Translations under genes and position numbers: made by a program
Notes under the pieces: generated by a model
Database searches by the model: none
Told to the model about the DNA's origin: nothing
The model's input: only the letters and a program-made list of their open reading frames with translations
Shown here: positions 1 through 9,663 of the stretch, in pieces
Layout: every line of letters begins with the position of its first letter
Numbering within the stretch: position 1 is the first letter of the stretch
IMG/VR virus record: IMGVR_UViG_3300022173_000060
Coordinates: 1-41,827 of that record
Source of the DNA: a virus
Taxonomy: Duplodnaviria > Caudoviricetes
Direction: 5' to 3' (one strand)
DNA length: 41,827 bases

Positions 1-636
1 CGAAGGTATTTGCTGGCTGAGCCATTTAGTCGCCTCTTCATAGCAAGCGAGCCAAGTCATCGATTCGTCCAGATTTCTGGAGCCGTTGAACTGCCTCGCG
101 GTTTGTGTGCTTCGGCTGCGGCGCGGCGGGCTTGATGATCCTCGGCGCGGCGGCAACCTTTTTGAGCGCAGCTGGCTTGTCGGACTGAAGTTTGTCGAAC
201 TGGATTGCCTTGTGGGCCAGCAAGAGAACTTGCCCCAATGTGCCGGGGTGCATTCCTGCTTTAGCGAGGGCGTGCGCTGCGGTTTTAAGGTCCGCGCGGC
301 TCCAGCCTATCGACTTCTGTACGTCTGAGAGTAGCTGTTCCGTCTTCGCACCATCGAAGTTCGGAATGTTCTTGCTCAGAATCTCATCGGATTGTCGAAA
401 GACTTGATCCACGAGCCCGGCAATCTGCTGCTCTTGCGCCTGCTGATGTTGGGCCTTCTGGTGCTCAAGTGCTTGCCAGGTCTGGTTTACCTGCTGCTGC
501 CGGGCCTGGAGCTGAACGAAACGGGCCGGGTCTTGAACGCTGAGAGATACCCAATCCACCCCGTTGAGTTCGGGGGCCGCCTGGCTTAGTACCAGTTCCT
601 GGAGCTGGTTGATTCTCTCAACCGCTTGGGATTGCT
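1..636. repeat. terminal direct repeat (circular overlap), copy 1
   Basis: 1-636 aligns ungapped to 41192-41827. By manual comparison 23 substitutions lie between 128 and 524; the first 127 and last 112 nt are identical. Confidence 0.95.
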
Positions 637-973
637 GTTCCTTCAAGGCTTTGGTGAACTGTACCTCAAGATTCTGCCGTTGTGTAGCGACTTCTTGAGT
701 TTTTCGCGTGTAATCGGCTTGGAGCATGTAGCCCTTCGCCAATTCCTCAACGCTAATCTCTTTCTCTACATCCTTGCCTTCTTCATCCTTGACGGTGATA
801 ACGTACTTGCCAAGGTCTTGTTCATCGGCCTTTGGCTCGTCTTTCGGCTCATCTTCAGGCTTTGCCTTAGCCTCTACTTCCGCGCCTTCTTCATCATTCG
901 CTTCTGGCTCATCGCCCAGCGCCTTGAGAAGATCGGTCTCGGGATCGACTGCCGTGTTTGCTTGGTCGCTCAT
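38..973 (-). CDS. capsid scaffolding protein
   Basis: Acidic N-terminus, ITVKDEEG...ISVEELAKGYMLQADYTRKTQ motif, coiled coil; directly upstream of the major capsid gene on the circular map. Confidence 0.85.
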   Translation of the reverse strand: MSDQANTAVDPETDLLKALGDEPEANDEEGAEVEAKAKPEDEPKDEPKADEQDLGKYVITVKDEEGKDVEKEISVEELAKGYMLQADYTRKTQEVATQRQNLEVQFTKALKEQQSQAVERINQLQELVLSQAAPELNGVDWVSLSVQDPARFVQLQARQQQVNQTWQALEHQKAQHQQAQEQQIAGLVDQVFRQSDEILSKNIPNFDGAKTEQLLSDVQKSIGWSRADLKTAAHALAKAGMHPGTLGQVLLLAHKAIQFDKLQSDKPAALKKVAAAPRIIKPAAPQPKHTNREAVQRLQKSGRIDDLARLL

Positions 974-983
974 GGTTTACCTT

Positions 984-1289
984 TCATGCAGCCCGGAACA
1001 GGGCGCGGAGTTTGGATTGATGCTTTTCATAGCGCGCCAGTTCGGACTGGGCATATTTTCCAGTCTCGATATACCCAAGCAGAAGGGCACGGAACTTCTG
1101 CGAGGTTTTGTAGAGCTGCCAAAGAGCTTCTTTGCCGTCTTTGTCCCTTGCCGGGGTATCGCCCCACATGGAAACCACGTCCTTTTCAATGGTGTCCAGC
1201 GCCTCAATCAATAGGTCGCTGTCCAGTAATAGGCGCGCCTTCTCGGCGCGGATGATGTCGGATTGCAGCTTGTTGTCGTCCATGTTCAC
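984..1289 (-). CDS. conserved small head-module protein (usually between portal and scaffold)
   Basis: 101 aa helical ORF (AEKARLLLDSDLL...W...REALW-like) in the typical position. Confidence 0.65.
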   Translation of the reverse strand: MNMDDNKLQSDIIRAEKARLLLDSDLLIEALDTIEKDVVSMWGDTPARDKDGKEALWQLYKTSQKFRALLLGYIETGKYAQSELARYEKHQSKLRALFRAA

Positions 1290-2563
1290 ATATTCAGCAG
1301 CATGAATGCTATTGCCGAATCCTCGTCAAGTTGGTCTGCAATTTGCTCCTGGATTCTAAGTTGTTCCAGAAGCGCGTTTTCATAGGCGAGCTTATACATG
1401 CTCACCCAGTCAATGCCTGAGATTGCCGGCAGTATCGGTTTCAGGGCCGAGCGGACATACCCGAAGCGCACATCCTTGGAAACTCTGGTTGCCGCGTGCT
1501 CTGTTGCCGCCGCTTTGACTATCTCTTCAACTTTGGCGCGCGCCTCAGCGGCAGATAGGGCCGACACTCGGCTTACTGGAGCGATTCTGCGGGCCGAGCT
1601 GCGCGGCTCATCCTCTACAATGTAGACAAGATTGCGTCTCTTTCTCGGGGCCTCGCCGCCAATTTCGAATCCGTGTCCGCCACCAGTCGGTGCCGGCTGA
1701 TCTGCCGTCGCATTTCCACCAAAGAATATTTCCGCCAGCCCGGCCAGTACGCCAGCCCCGATCAGCGTTCCAGACTGCCCGAACAGAAGCGTCGCCGTGC
1801 CAGTCATCGCCCCGGATGGCGTGTCGGCCGTTGCGCTGCCGCCAAAAACGATTGGCGCAGTCCCAGCCAAGGCCCCCGATCCGGCGAGCGCACCTGTCTG
1901 CCCGAACACTAACTGAGAAGTACCAGCCAGCGCACCAGAACCGCCAAGCACGCCCGTCTGGCCGAAAATCAATGGCGCAGTACCGGCAAGCGCCCCGGCG
2001 CCTGTAATCGTGCCCGTTTGTGCAAACGTGACCGGAGCCGAGCCGACTAGAGCGCCCGAGCCGGTCAATGCGCCGGTTTGGCCGAACACAAGTGCGGCCG
2101 TACCGACCATCGCACCGGAGCCGCCGCTCAGGTCTTGCAGGTCGCCGGTTTGTCCGAATGTGATCGTTATCGAGCCGGCTAGCGCTCCGCTGCCGACAAG
2201 CGTGCCTGTTTGCCCAAAGGTCAGCGCAGCAGTTCCGGCCATTGCCCCTGAGCCAACAATCGCACCAGTTTGCCCAAAGACGATGGGCGCCGATCCGATT
2301 AGCCTGCCAGCACCCGCAAGTGCGCCAGTCTGGCCGAATATGAGCGGAGTTGTTCCGGCTAGTGCGCCAGCGCCGCGAAGTGTTCCAGTCTGCCCAAAGA
2401 CAACGGCAGGCGTTGCCGCCATGGCACCAACGCCTGTAATTGCTCCAGTCTGCGCAAATGTGATCGCGGCAGTACCGGACATTGCGCCTGGCGAGCCGGA
2501 AACTGCCGCCTCTAGCTCATCGGCAAACCACTTCTCGACAATCAGGTACGTGTTATTACTCAT
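1286..2563 (-). CDS. repeat-rich putative structural/fibre protein (20-aa FGQTG repeats)
   Basis: About 13 tandem GTAxxxFGQTGxLxGxGALA repeats followed by a charged helical C-terminus. Confidence 0.7.
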   Translation of the reverse strand: MSNNTYLIVEKWFADELEAAVSGSPGAMSGTAAITFAQTGAITGVGAMAATPAVVFGQTGTLRGAGALAGTTPLIFGQTGALAGAGRLIGSAPIVFGQTGAIVGSGAMAGTAALTFGQTGTLVGSGALAGSITITFGQTGDLQDLSGGSGAMVGTAALVFGQTGALTGSGALVGSAPVTFAQTGTITGAGALAGTAPLIFGQTGVLGGSGALAGTSQLVFGQTGALAGSGALAGTAPIVFGGSATADTPSGAMTGTATLLFGQSGTLIGAGVLAGLAEIFFGGNATADQPAPTGGGHGFEIGGEAPRKRRNLVYIVEDEPRSSARRIAPVSRVSALSAAEARAKVEEIVKAAATEHAATRVSKDVRFGYVRSALKPILPAISGIDWVSMYKLAYENALLEQLRIQEQIADQLDEDSAIAFMLLNM

Positions 2564-2566
2564 GGC

Positions 2567-3379
2567 CTAGAACCATGCGCGCACATCGTATAACTCGGTG
2601 CGATTTGGCCGAGTCTCGGACATTTCCGCTATCAACTCCATAAGCTCGCGCTGATTGATTTTGTAAGATGGCAACCCTGGCGCCGCAGTGCCGCCCTTAT
2701 AGACCGCGATCACTGTTGCATGATCGTCTGCACTACCGCTGAGCGCAAACGTCCACGTCGCGGATTGAGTTCCGATGGCGGACAGAATCTTGTATCCCAA
2801 CGCGCCAACGCCTCCAGCCGTGTCCGTGGACGATGCGGTTATCGTGAACCCTGTCGCAGCCAGGGGCGCGAGGTTGGTGCCGCCACTGTACCCGTAGACG
2901 CTCACGGCTACCGCATCCGCCTGGGCCGTTGTCGCTGTCGATCCGGTGCTGATCGAGGTTTGCCCGACGCCTGGGTCAACAATCGTCGCGCCAGTCGATA
3001 CATCTAGCGCCGATGACGTCTCGGCCTGGCTGAACGCAATCGCGCCACACAGATAGTAGGAGTTCGCCGTCTGCGTGTTGAAGGACATCGTGAATGTCCC
3101 GCTCGCGGCAACGCCATCAAAACTCGACAAGCAGACGTATGAAGCAGTCGTCGGAAACGATGTGCCGGCCGCGTGGTCGCGCATCGCATCGTTGGCATAG
3201 GTTCCGTTGCCCTGGTTGTCGGTGACGACAAGCGTGGAACTCGCGCTCGGGTAGAACACCCCACCGGCCACCACCAAGTCACCAGCGCTGGGCTGCGTGG
3301 TGACGAAGCTCACCGTCTGCGCGCCAGTCACATTGTCGGCGCGAAGGGTGCCGGTATCGGAGCGGTAGGTGATTGCCAC
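2567..3379 (-). CDS. putative virion accessory protein (T/S/A/G-rich beta-sandwich-like)
   Basis: 270 aa; GDLVV...VTDNQGN..Y motif typical of phage fibre/decoration domains; translationally coupled. Confidence 0.6.
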   Translation of the reverse strand: MAITYRSDTGTLRADNVTGAQTVSFVTTQPSAGDLVVAGGVFYPSASSTLVVTDNQGNGTYANDAMRDHAAGTSFPTTASYVCLSSFDGVAASGTFTMSFNTQTANSYYLCGAIAFSQAETSSALDVSTGATIVDPGVGQTSISTGSTATTAQADAVAVSVYGYSGGTNLAPLAATGFTITASSTDTAGGVGALGYKILSAIGTQSATWTFALSGSADDHATVIAVYKGGTAAPGLPSYKINQRELMELIAEMSETRPNRTELYDVRAWF

Positions 3380-3380
3380 G

Positions 3381-3776
3381 CTACACCGTGCGCAGGCTGA
3401 GAGAGTTGATCGTGAAGGCGCGCACTACATCAAGAGTGATTCGCAGATCAGTTGCGCGAAGCACGCGGCGCCTGTTTTGGCCTGTGCCGTCATTCTCGCC
3501 GGGCCATTCGCCCTTGCAGGTCCATACCGTTGTTGGGTTTCCCTGCCTATCTGTAGCTGGGCTGCCGCCAACTCCAAATGTCATCCAGTGCTGGAAGGCG
3601 CCGCCAGCAATGGCGATTTCAAGCATCAGATCGAACATCTTCCCGGCAGGCAGCCACGATGCATCACGGCCGACGATCAGCTCGAAACCTACGCTATTTC
3701 CTGGCACGCCGTCGATCAGGAATACCCGAGTACCGACCGGGACCGCAGTTGCGCCAAGCGTGATGGTTTGAGCCAT
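3381..3776 (-). CDS. hypothetical structural-module protein
   Basis: 131 aa ORF tightly packed in the operon. Confidence 0.6.
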   Translation of the reverse strand: MAQTITLGATAVPVGTRVFLIDGVPGNSVGFELIVGRDASWLPAGKMFDLMLEIAIAGGAFQHWMTFGVGGSPATDRQGNPTTVWTCKGEWPGENDGTGQNRRRVLRATDLRITLDVVRAFTINSLSLRTV

Positions 3777-3782
3777 CGCGCC

Positions 3783-5141
3783 TTACCAAGTGTAGACGCG
3801 AACCTCTCCGCGTCCGCCAACACCACCGGCACCACCTGTGCCCGTGTTGGCTCCGACCCCACCGCCTCCACCACCGCCTCCGCAGGCTCCGCCAGCACCG
3901 CCAGCCGCACCGCTCGTGTTGGCTGTGATTGTCCCGCCGCCGCCCCCGCCTCCAGAACCAGACCTAAGCGAATCGCCATCAGCCCCGGCCGTCCCGGCAG
4001 TAGGCGCCGCACCGGATGTGCCGGCCGCTCCACCCCCGCCGCCAGCAGTTGCATAAGAGTTACTTGCCCCGCCAGCAGTTGCATTGACGGTTGCCGGGGC
4101 TACAGTTGCGCCACCGCCAACACCGCCACCGCCACCACCCTTCAGGCTCGTGCCACCAGGACTGTTCGCAGGGACGTTTGTGTGCCCACCACCACCGCCG
4201 CCGCCTCGCTCCGCTCCCGTTGGAGCCGTTGCCGTGATGCTTCCGGTATTGCCGGTGCTGCCAGAACAAGTTGTTGGTGTTCCAGGCCCGCCGCCAACCC
4301 CGGCCGCAGTCGTTCCTGACGTCCCCGCCAGCCCTGCGCTTCCACCACCGCCGCCGCCACCTGCGCTTGCGGCATTATCCCCAGCGGCCCCGCCACCACC
4401 ACCAAATGCCTGTGTGATCGTCCCGAAGCTGGATGCGCCGCCAATTCCGCCAGCAGTCCCGTCAGCTCCAGATGCCCCGCCTGATCCAGCAGTACCACCA
4501 GCACCAACCGTAACCGATACGGTCGCGCCCAGCTCGCTGGCCTTCATTGTTTCCTTGACGTAGGCGCCACCACCGCCGCCGCACCCGCCCGTGCGAACTA
4601 CCGCGCCGGTCTGGCTTGCACCACCGCCGCCGCCGCCACCACCACCGATGCAAACGACTTCAACGAAAGTAGGCGTAAATTCAGTCGGCTTTGTCCAGTT
4701 GCTCGTGCCACTGGTGAATGTTTGGATATTTACCGGCCCGGTGCTGGTCTTGATCACCCCATCGGTGGAGTAATGGAACCAGCGCGCGCCGTCATACAGG
4801 GCAGATTCGCCGGCCAGTAGAACCATCGTCGGGCCATCAGTCGTGTTCGTGCCATCGGTTCTGCGCGGCGTGATAGAGACAGAATTGCTCGCATCCTTGT
4901 TGCGGACATTGCATTCCATGATCCGTGTCTTGGTACTAGCTATTCCACTGACGATATCGGCTGTTGCGCCGGCTGCTGTGGTCAGACTTGCAAGAACGAA
5001 TGGATCGGTATTCGTGCCGTCAACAACAGGTGGCGATGCCGTGCTGACAACGCACTTAGACCCGGAAACCTCTAAGTCTACGGATGCCGCAGCCCCGTAG
5101 ACCAGTTGGAATTTATGGCTTGTGCTTGAGCCTAGCAGCAT
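3783..5141 (-). CDS. glycine-rich fibre-like protein
   Basis: TFTSGTSNWTKP..VEVVCIGGGGGGG...GGAGGVGGRGEVRVYTW, the hallmark phage glycine-rich domain. Confidence 0.75.
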   Translation of the reverse strand: MLLGSSTSHKFQLVYGAAASVDLEVSGSKCVVSTASPPVVDGTNTDPFVLASLTTAAGATADIVSGIASTKTRIMECNVRNKDASNSVSITPRRTDGTNTTDGPTMVLLAGESALYDGARWFHYSTDGVIKTSTGPVNIQTFTSGTSNWTKPTEFTPTFVEVVCIGGGGGGGGGASQTGAVVRTGGCGGGGGAYVKETMKASELGATVSVTVGAGGTAGSGGASGADGTAGGIGGASSFGTITQAFGGGGGAAGDNAASAGGGGGGGSAGLAGTSGTTAAGVGGGPGTPTTCSGSTGNTGSITATAPTGAERGGGGGGGHTNVPANSPGGTSLKGGGGGGVGGGATVAPATVNATAGGASNSYATAGGGGGAAGTSGAAPTAGTAGADGDSLRSGSGGGGGGGTITANTSGAAGGAGGACGGGGGGGGVGANTGTGGAGGVGGRGEVRVYTW

Positions 5142-5144
5142 GAT

Positions 5145-5594
5145 TTAGTCCAGCGTCACAGTCAGTTGTCCGATAGCAAAGCTCGGCGTGATGCCCGCAG
5201 ACACGGCCAGGTTCGCAGTCAGCGCACCGGATGCCAGAATTTCACCAGCGCCCGATGTGTCCCGCCCAACCGAGAAGTGCGTGATAGTGTTCGTGCCGGC
5301 CGTACACAGCCCGAACGTCACTGCCGCAGCATTTGCCGCCTGAGTCGGGGCCGTACCTGATACCGTCCAGCCGGCGCCAGATCGCGCCACAGCAACACGC
5401 GCATAGCCGGTATAGGTGGCCTCGCTGGTAGTCTGACTTCCCGCCTCGCCGGGGTCTGCGGTGTGTAGAGCCACGAATAGGCTACCCGCAGTCGTGGTGC
5501 CTCGCAGGCCGGTTGCGTCGCCCCAGTTTGCATAGGTCGTGTTGTTGAACAACAGGAGCATTAGCCCGTTTTCGAAACTGTTTGATGCGCTCAT
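5145..5594 (-). CDS. phage fibre-associated structural protein
   Basis: SNSFEN..LLLFNNT...VALHTADPGEAG..TSEATYTGYARVAV...F..G.LTVTLD, a widespread family usually annotated as tail-fibre protein. Confidence 0.7.
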   Translation of the reverse strand: MSASNSFENGLMLLLFNNTTYANWGDATGLRGTTTAGSLFVALHTADPGEAGSQTTSEATYTGYARVAVARSGAGWTVSGTAPTQAANAAAVTFGLCTAGTNTITHFSVGRDTSGAGEILASGALTANLAVSAGITPSFAIGQLTVTLD

Positions 5595-7762
5595 TGGTTC
5601 GTCTCCGTTTGCGTTTCTTCAATGCTTTCCATGATCCATGTCCCGTCGCCCTGCTTGACTGCGCGCGCCTGTTTTACCTTGGGCGCCGCGAGAGTCTGTA
5701 GCGCCTGCATCATTGCCTGGAGCATGAGGTTTTCAGGCTCTTTCTTCTCGGCTTCCACAGAGTCTGCTTCGTCTTCCTTGACCATTGCGCGTTCCATCTG
5801 CTTCATTCCAGCCTGGAACTGTAGGCGCATGTTTTCCATCGCCAATTCATGCTGGCGCTGCTTCTCGGCCTCGGCAGCCTTGAAGGCTGTTTCGGCCTGG
5901 AATTTCTGCGCGTCAGCCTGCTGGGTTGCCTGGAATTTGTGGCCGTCTTGCTGGAGCTTGGCGCCATCGATTGCCACCTTCGGATCGGGCGGCGGCGGCT
6001 GGGGCGGCGGCATCTGCTCGGGCGGCTGCGTTATGAACTCGCCTGGGTCTTTGAAGCCTGCAAGCTCGATCTTGCGCTTTTGCAGGTTGTAGATGTTCAT
6101 CGGAGTAATCAGCGTGCCCATGCCGCCGCCTTGGATGATTGCGGCCTGTGCAGCCTCGATCCCGCCAAGCATTTGCATTTGCTGGAGCTTGTCGCCCGAT
6201 CCGATACCGACATTGATGGTCATGTCATAGCCGTCGCGCCATTCCTGCGGGTCATAGCTCACGAATTTCCCGTTCATGCGGAAACTGAGCTTTTCCATGC
6301 AGTAGTCGGTCAGCGTCTTGAAGATGCCCCGAAACATCGGCGCCACAAGGGCTTCGGCCATGATGCGGGCCATCAGCTTCATGCGCTTCTGGCTGGCGTT
6401 CATGATCTGCTGAAGGCCGTGCGCCGTCTTGTTCAGGCTGTCAGCGTCCAGGCCCTGGCTATAGCGCGTGAATCCAGTACGGTTTTCCTTGGCCGCGTGC
6501 ATCATCTCAGCGAAACCACTCGTGTCCATACTTTTCGCTCTGTCGAAGTATGGCCGAACTGCATTAGCAACCCGCTCGCGTATCACCCCACCTGGTCGGC
6601 GGTTTAAGAGGTCGTCAATGTTTGCTAGCGGGTTTCCATTCGAGTCCGTAAGTACAACGGTCTCGTTGTTGTTTCCCAAGTCAATATTGTCCAGATTCTG
6701 CCTGACCAGTTCTGTTCCGATACGCTGGAAATCGCTGGTCAGATCGGCAACGCTTATCCCTTCAAAGCGGTGCGTCAGAATGTACGGTGTCCACGCCGCG
6801 ATCTGAACGTGACTGCATTCCTCGTTGGCGAGAATCTTCTGGCCCAGGCGCATGATTCGTCTGCGCTCTGCAATTCCGTCGCCATCGAAATCAACAAGTA
6901 CATATTCTTCGCGCAGCCAGCCTGATATTTGCGACTTGTCCAAGCTCTCATCATTGCTGCGGGTCAGGTAGTCATTGCGCAGAATCTCGCGCAACTCGCC
7001 GTCTTGCGTGGTTTCCTCGCTTTCGGCTGCCTTGATGTCCTCATCAGATACCCGATAGCCCATCTGCATGATGTCGCTCTTGGAGCGCTTGCAAACATGG
7101 GCAACATATGGGCACTCATCGAGCAGCACTGAATTGTGCTTGCGGCTTACTCGCAGCTCATCGGGCGGGAAGTTGCTTACGCAGACCTTGCCCTTTTTCT
7201 CGACAGTCTTCACCTTGATGTCGAATGCCATCGTGCCATCAGGCTGCGGCTTTTCGGTCTGCTCAAGGATTTCTGCGCTCGGGTTGCTCATAATGAACAT
7301 GGCGAGCTGCATTTCCGGCACGTCGCGGTATGTCGAGAAGCTGGGCGTGCGCTTTTCTTCCCAATACCACTTGACCCCGCCTGTCTTCAGCATCAACGCA
7401 TCTTTGCCGGCTGTGTAGAGGGTCAGGAAGCCGTTGTTCTGCTTGTAGAACACGTAGTTGCAGGCATCGGTCGCCTGCTTCGCCCCAGCTTCATCTTCGG
7501 GGCCAACAGGGTCGAACCGCACGGCTTCGTCGGTGCTAACGAATACCTCGATCAGATCAGGGAGCATGCCCTCAACGCTGTCGAAAACATCTGAGGCAAC
7601 TACGCTTGAGCGGCCCTCTTCTTCGTTGCCGTATGGCATGCGCATGTACTCGCGCATTGCCCTGACTCTCTCCTGAGCGGCCGGGCCACTCATATATTCA
7701 AATGCCGAATCTGCCTCGGCCTCTAGGAAGCTGAGCAGGTCTGATTCGGTCATTTTTGCCAT
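5591..7762 (-). CDS. portal protein
   Basis: 723 aa; YMRMPYGNEEEGRSSVV..DVFDSVEGMLPDL, KQATD.CNYVF and Pro-rich/coiled C-terminus of P22/SU10-like portals; follows TerL. Confidence 0.92.
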   Translation of the reverse strand: MAKMTESDLLSFLEAEADSAFEYMSGPAAQERVRAMREYMRMPYGNEEEGRSSVVASDVFDSVEGMLPDLIEVFVSTDEAVRFDPVGPEDEAGAKQATDACNYVFYKQNNGFLTLYTAGKDALMLKTGGVKWYWEEKRTPSFSTYRDVPEMQLAMFIMSNPSAEILEQTEKPQPDGTMAFDIKVKTVEKKGKVCVSNFPPDELRVSRKHNSVLLDECPYVAHVCKRSKSDIMQMGYRVSDEDIKAAESEETTQDGELREILRNDYLTRSNDESLDKSQISGWLREEYVLVDFDGDGIAERRRIMRLGQKILANEECSHVQIAAWTPYILTHRFEGISVADLTSDFQRIGTELVRQNLDNIDLGNNNETVVLTDSNGNPLANIDDLLNRRPGGVIRERVANAVRPYFDRAKSMDTSGFAEMMHAAKENRTGFTRYSQGLDADSLNKTAHGLQQIMNASQKRMKLMARIMAEALVAPMFRGIFKTLTDYCMEKLSFRMNGKFVSYDPQEWRDGYDMTINVGIGSGDKLQQMQMLGGIEAAQAAIIQGGGMGTLITPMNIYNLQKRKIELAGFKDPGEFITQPPEQMPPPQPPPPDPKVAIDGAKLQQDGHKFQATQQADAQKFQAETAFKAAEAEKQRQHELAMENMRLQFQAGMKQMERAMVKEDEADSVEAEKKEPENLMLQAMMQALQTLAAPKVKQARAVKQGDGTWIMESIEETQTETNQ

Positions 7763-7989
7763 TACTTGGCTTTCTTGCCTTTGATAACCGATGCAACGTG
7801 CGCCGGCAGGGTTTCCGGCGTTACCTCGACGTAGGTGGCTATCGGCGAGTCTTGCACAGTCATCGCCAAGCGCTCTTCAGGGGTCGCCAGAACTACCGCA
7901 AGAGCCTCGCAGAGGGCATCGGCTGCCGGGTGATTCAATCGACCCATCGCTACCATTTTCAGACCTAGGGCGATATCTTCTCGGTTCAT
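7762..7989 (-). CDS. hypothetical protein
   Basis: ATG at 7989 overlaps the TerL stop; fills the TerL-portal gap. Confidence 0.55.
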   Translation of the reverse strand: MNREDIALGLKMVAMGRLNHPAADALCEALAVVLATPEERLAMTVQDSPIATYVEVTPETLPAHVASVIKGKKAK

Positions 7990-9296
7990 GCAACCCTCCG
8001 GTTCTTGTAGACAAGCGGCTTCATTTCGCCAGGCGGAGCATATACAACGCACATGAGCCCGAATGCGTCTGCCCCGTGGCTGGCCCAATCATGCTCAGGG
8101 CCTAGCCCAATTCCTCTCACGTCATCACGCTTTTCGTGATACCAACCCAGCGCGGCCCGGCCTGACTCTGTAGTTTCCTCATTAAACCACATCGCACCAA
8201 ACAATCGGCGGGCTTCATCAATTCTAGCACCGGCCGCGCCTTTTCCTTGGTTTGGAACCACAGTCACAGAGTATCCCGCCTTGCCGATTGCGGACTCGAA
8301 TGAAACATCGTTCACCCGGTCGTTTGTGGCGCCATCGTGAGGTAGCCAGATACTGGTGTTCTCAGGCACGTAGCCCTTGCTTCGCAGCCATTGCATGTGC
8401 ACAGATAGCGGCTGGCCCTGGGCTTCGTAGTAGTTCAGAACGCGGATTTCACGGCCAATGAACTGGGCGACCCACATTGCAAAGGCGTCGGCTTTTGCGC
8501 CCGTACCTCCGATATCCACGAATGCGCGGTACGTCATCAGCGGGTCAGCAGGCACCCTACCTATCCTCCCCTCTGCCTTGGCTTGCGTCAGGTTCTTAGC
8601 GAAGTAGGCGCCATCAACGATAGAAACGTAGTCGCCCTCCCAAATGTGCTCATACTGGTCTGGCTTCATGCGCAAGCAATCAAGGCGCTCCTGCTTCAGT
8701 TCGTCAGTCAGCCAAGGGTTATCGCGCCAGTTTGACTTGACCACGATTGCCCCGGTCGGGCGCTCTGGTCCACGCAGCATCACATCGGTTGGGTCTGTCT
8801 TGCGCTTAGGGTTCCAGCTAAACCACAGCTCTGAGCCTGATTCACGAAGCGTTGGGGTCAGCAGGCCGAGCGATGCGCCGGTAGCTGTTTGGGCTTCTTC
8901 CCACCAGGCCCGCTTGAATCCCTCCAAGCTCTTGATGCTGTCGGCCGTGTAGTCGTTCATCCCCTTGAAAATGATCAGGCCATCACCCGGGGTTTCGATC
9001 AAGTCTCGGAATACCTTGAAACCGTCTGCCTCGCCAATCCCGTACTTGAGCAGCTTTGACTCAATCAGCAACTTTGACGACTGGGCCAAGTCCTTTTGCA
9101 CTTCCCGTATGCATACAGCCCGCATTCCAACCCCGAAGTCGCCGGGCTCTGCCATGCAATCTTCAATGAGCTTTTCAGCGAAGAAGTGAGATTTGCCACT
9201 ACCTCGGCCACCCCATGCGCCTTTGTATCTGTTCGGCGGCAACAGCGGCTTGAATACGCGCGCTGTCTTGAAATCTAGCTCACTCACTCGGGTCAA
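7986..9296 (-). CDS. terL: terminase large subunit (PBSX-like)
   Basis: Walker A GGRGSGKSHF, Walker B WWEEAQ, SWNP, nuclease motifs DIGG and HDWASHGADAF; likely start is GTG at 9287. Confidence 0.95.
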   Translation of the reverse strand: MTRVSELDFKTARVFKPLLPPNRYKGAWGGRGSGKSHFFAEKLIEDCMAEPGDFGVGMRAVCIREVQKDLAQSSKLLIESKLLKYGIGEADGFKVFRDLIETPGDGLIIFKGMNDYTADSIKSLEGFKRAWWEEAQTATGASLGLLTPTLRESGSELWFSWNPKRKTDPTDVMLRGPERPTGAIVVKSNWRDNPWLTDELKQERLDCLRMKPDQYEHIWEGDYVSIVDGAYFAKNLTQAKAEGRIGRVPADPLMTYRAFVDIGGTGAKADAFAMWVAQFIGREIRVLNYYEAQGQPLSVHMQWLRSKGYVPENTSIWLPHDGATNDRVNDVSFESAIGKAGYSVTVVPNQGKGAAGARIDEARRLFGAMWFNEETTESGRAALGWYHEKRDDVRGIGLGPEHDWASHGADAFGLMCVVYAPPGEMKPLVYKNRRVA

Positions 9297-9633
9297 CGAT
9301 GGTGCGCTTGATTTGCTGGAACCTCACCGGCCCTCCGCCTTCGCCAGTGTGCTCAGTCCGAGCCAACTTGGGAATGTGGTACTCGACCACGCTCTGGAAC
9401 ATCTCGAACGCCCGAGCAGGGTTCGGTGGAACTACGTACTTCTCGGGATTCTCGCCAGGCTCTAGGATGCCATTGGCGACTTCATCGAGCCAGCCTGTAA
9501 GGCGGTGTGCATTGCCATCTACGAAGGCAGCAATGGCCTTTCTGGCGTCCCCTGTGGCCTTGTTTGGAACCCCCGGCCCTCTGCCGCCTGTTTTTGGTCT
9601 AGTTCCGCCTACTTGAGACTTGTTAGCGTCCAC
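9280..9633 (-). CDS. terS: terminase small subunit
   Basis: KTGGR..GVPNKAT N-terminus and EHTGEGGGPV C-terminus; overlaps the TerL start. Confidence 0.8.
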   Translation of the reverse strand: MDANKSQVGGTRPKTGGRGPGVPNKATGDARKAIAAFVDGNAHRLTGWLDEVANGILEPGENPEKYVVPPNPARAFEMFQSVVEYHIPKLARTEHTGEGGGPVRFQQIKRTIVDPSE

Positions 9634-9663
9634 TGACTCCCTCTCGGGTTGGTCTACATGGCA

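Noticed and set aside
1-636. Divergent duplicate as a diversity-generating retroelement TR/VR pair
   Set aside because: Differences are synonymous wobble changes, not adenine-specific, and no reverse transcriptase is encoded.
3369-4773. Long plus-strand Pro-rich ORFs
   Set aside because: Antisense shadows of the glycine-rich gene (GGN codons).
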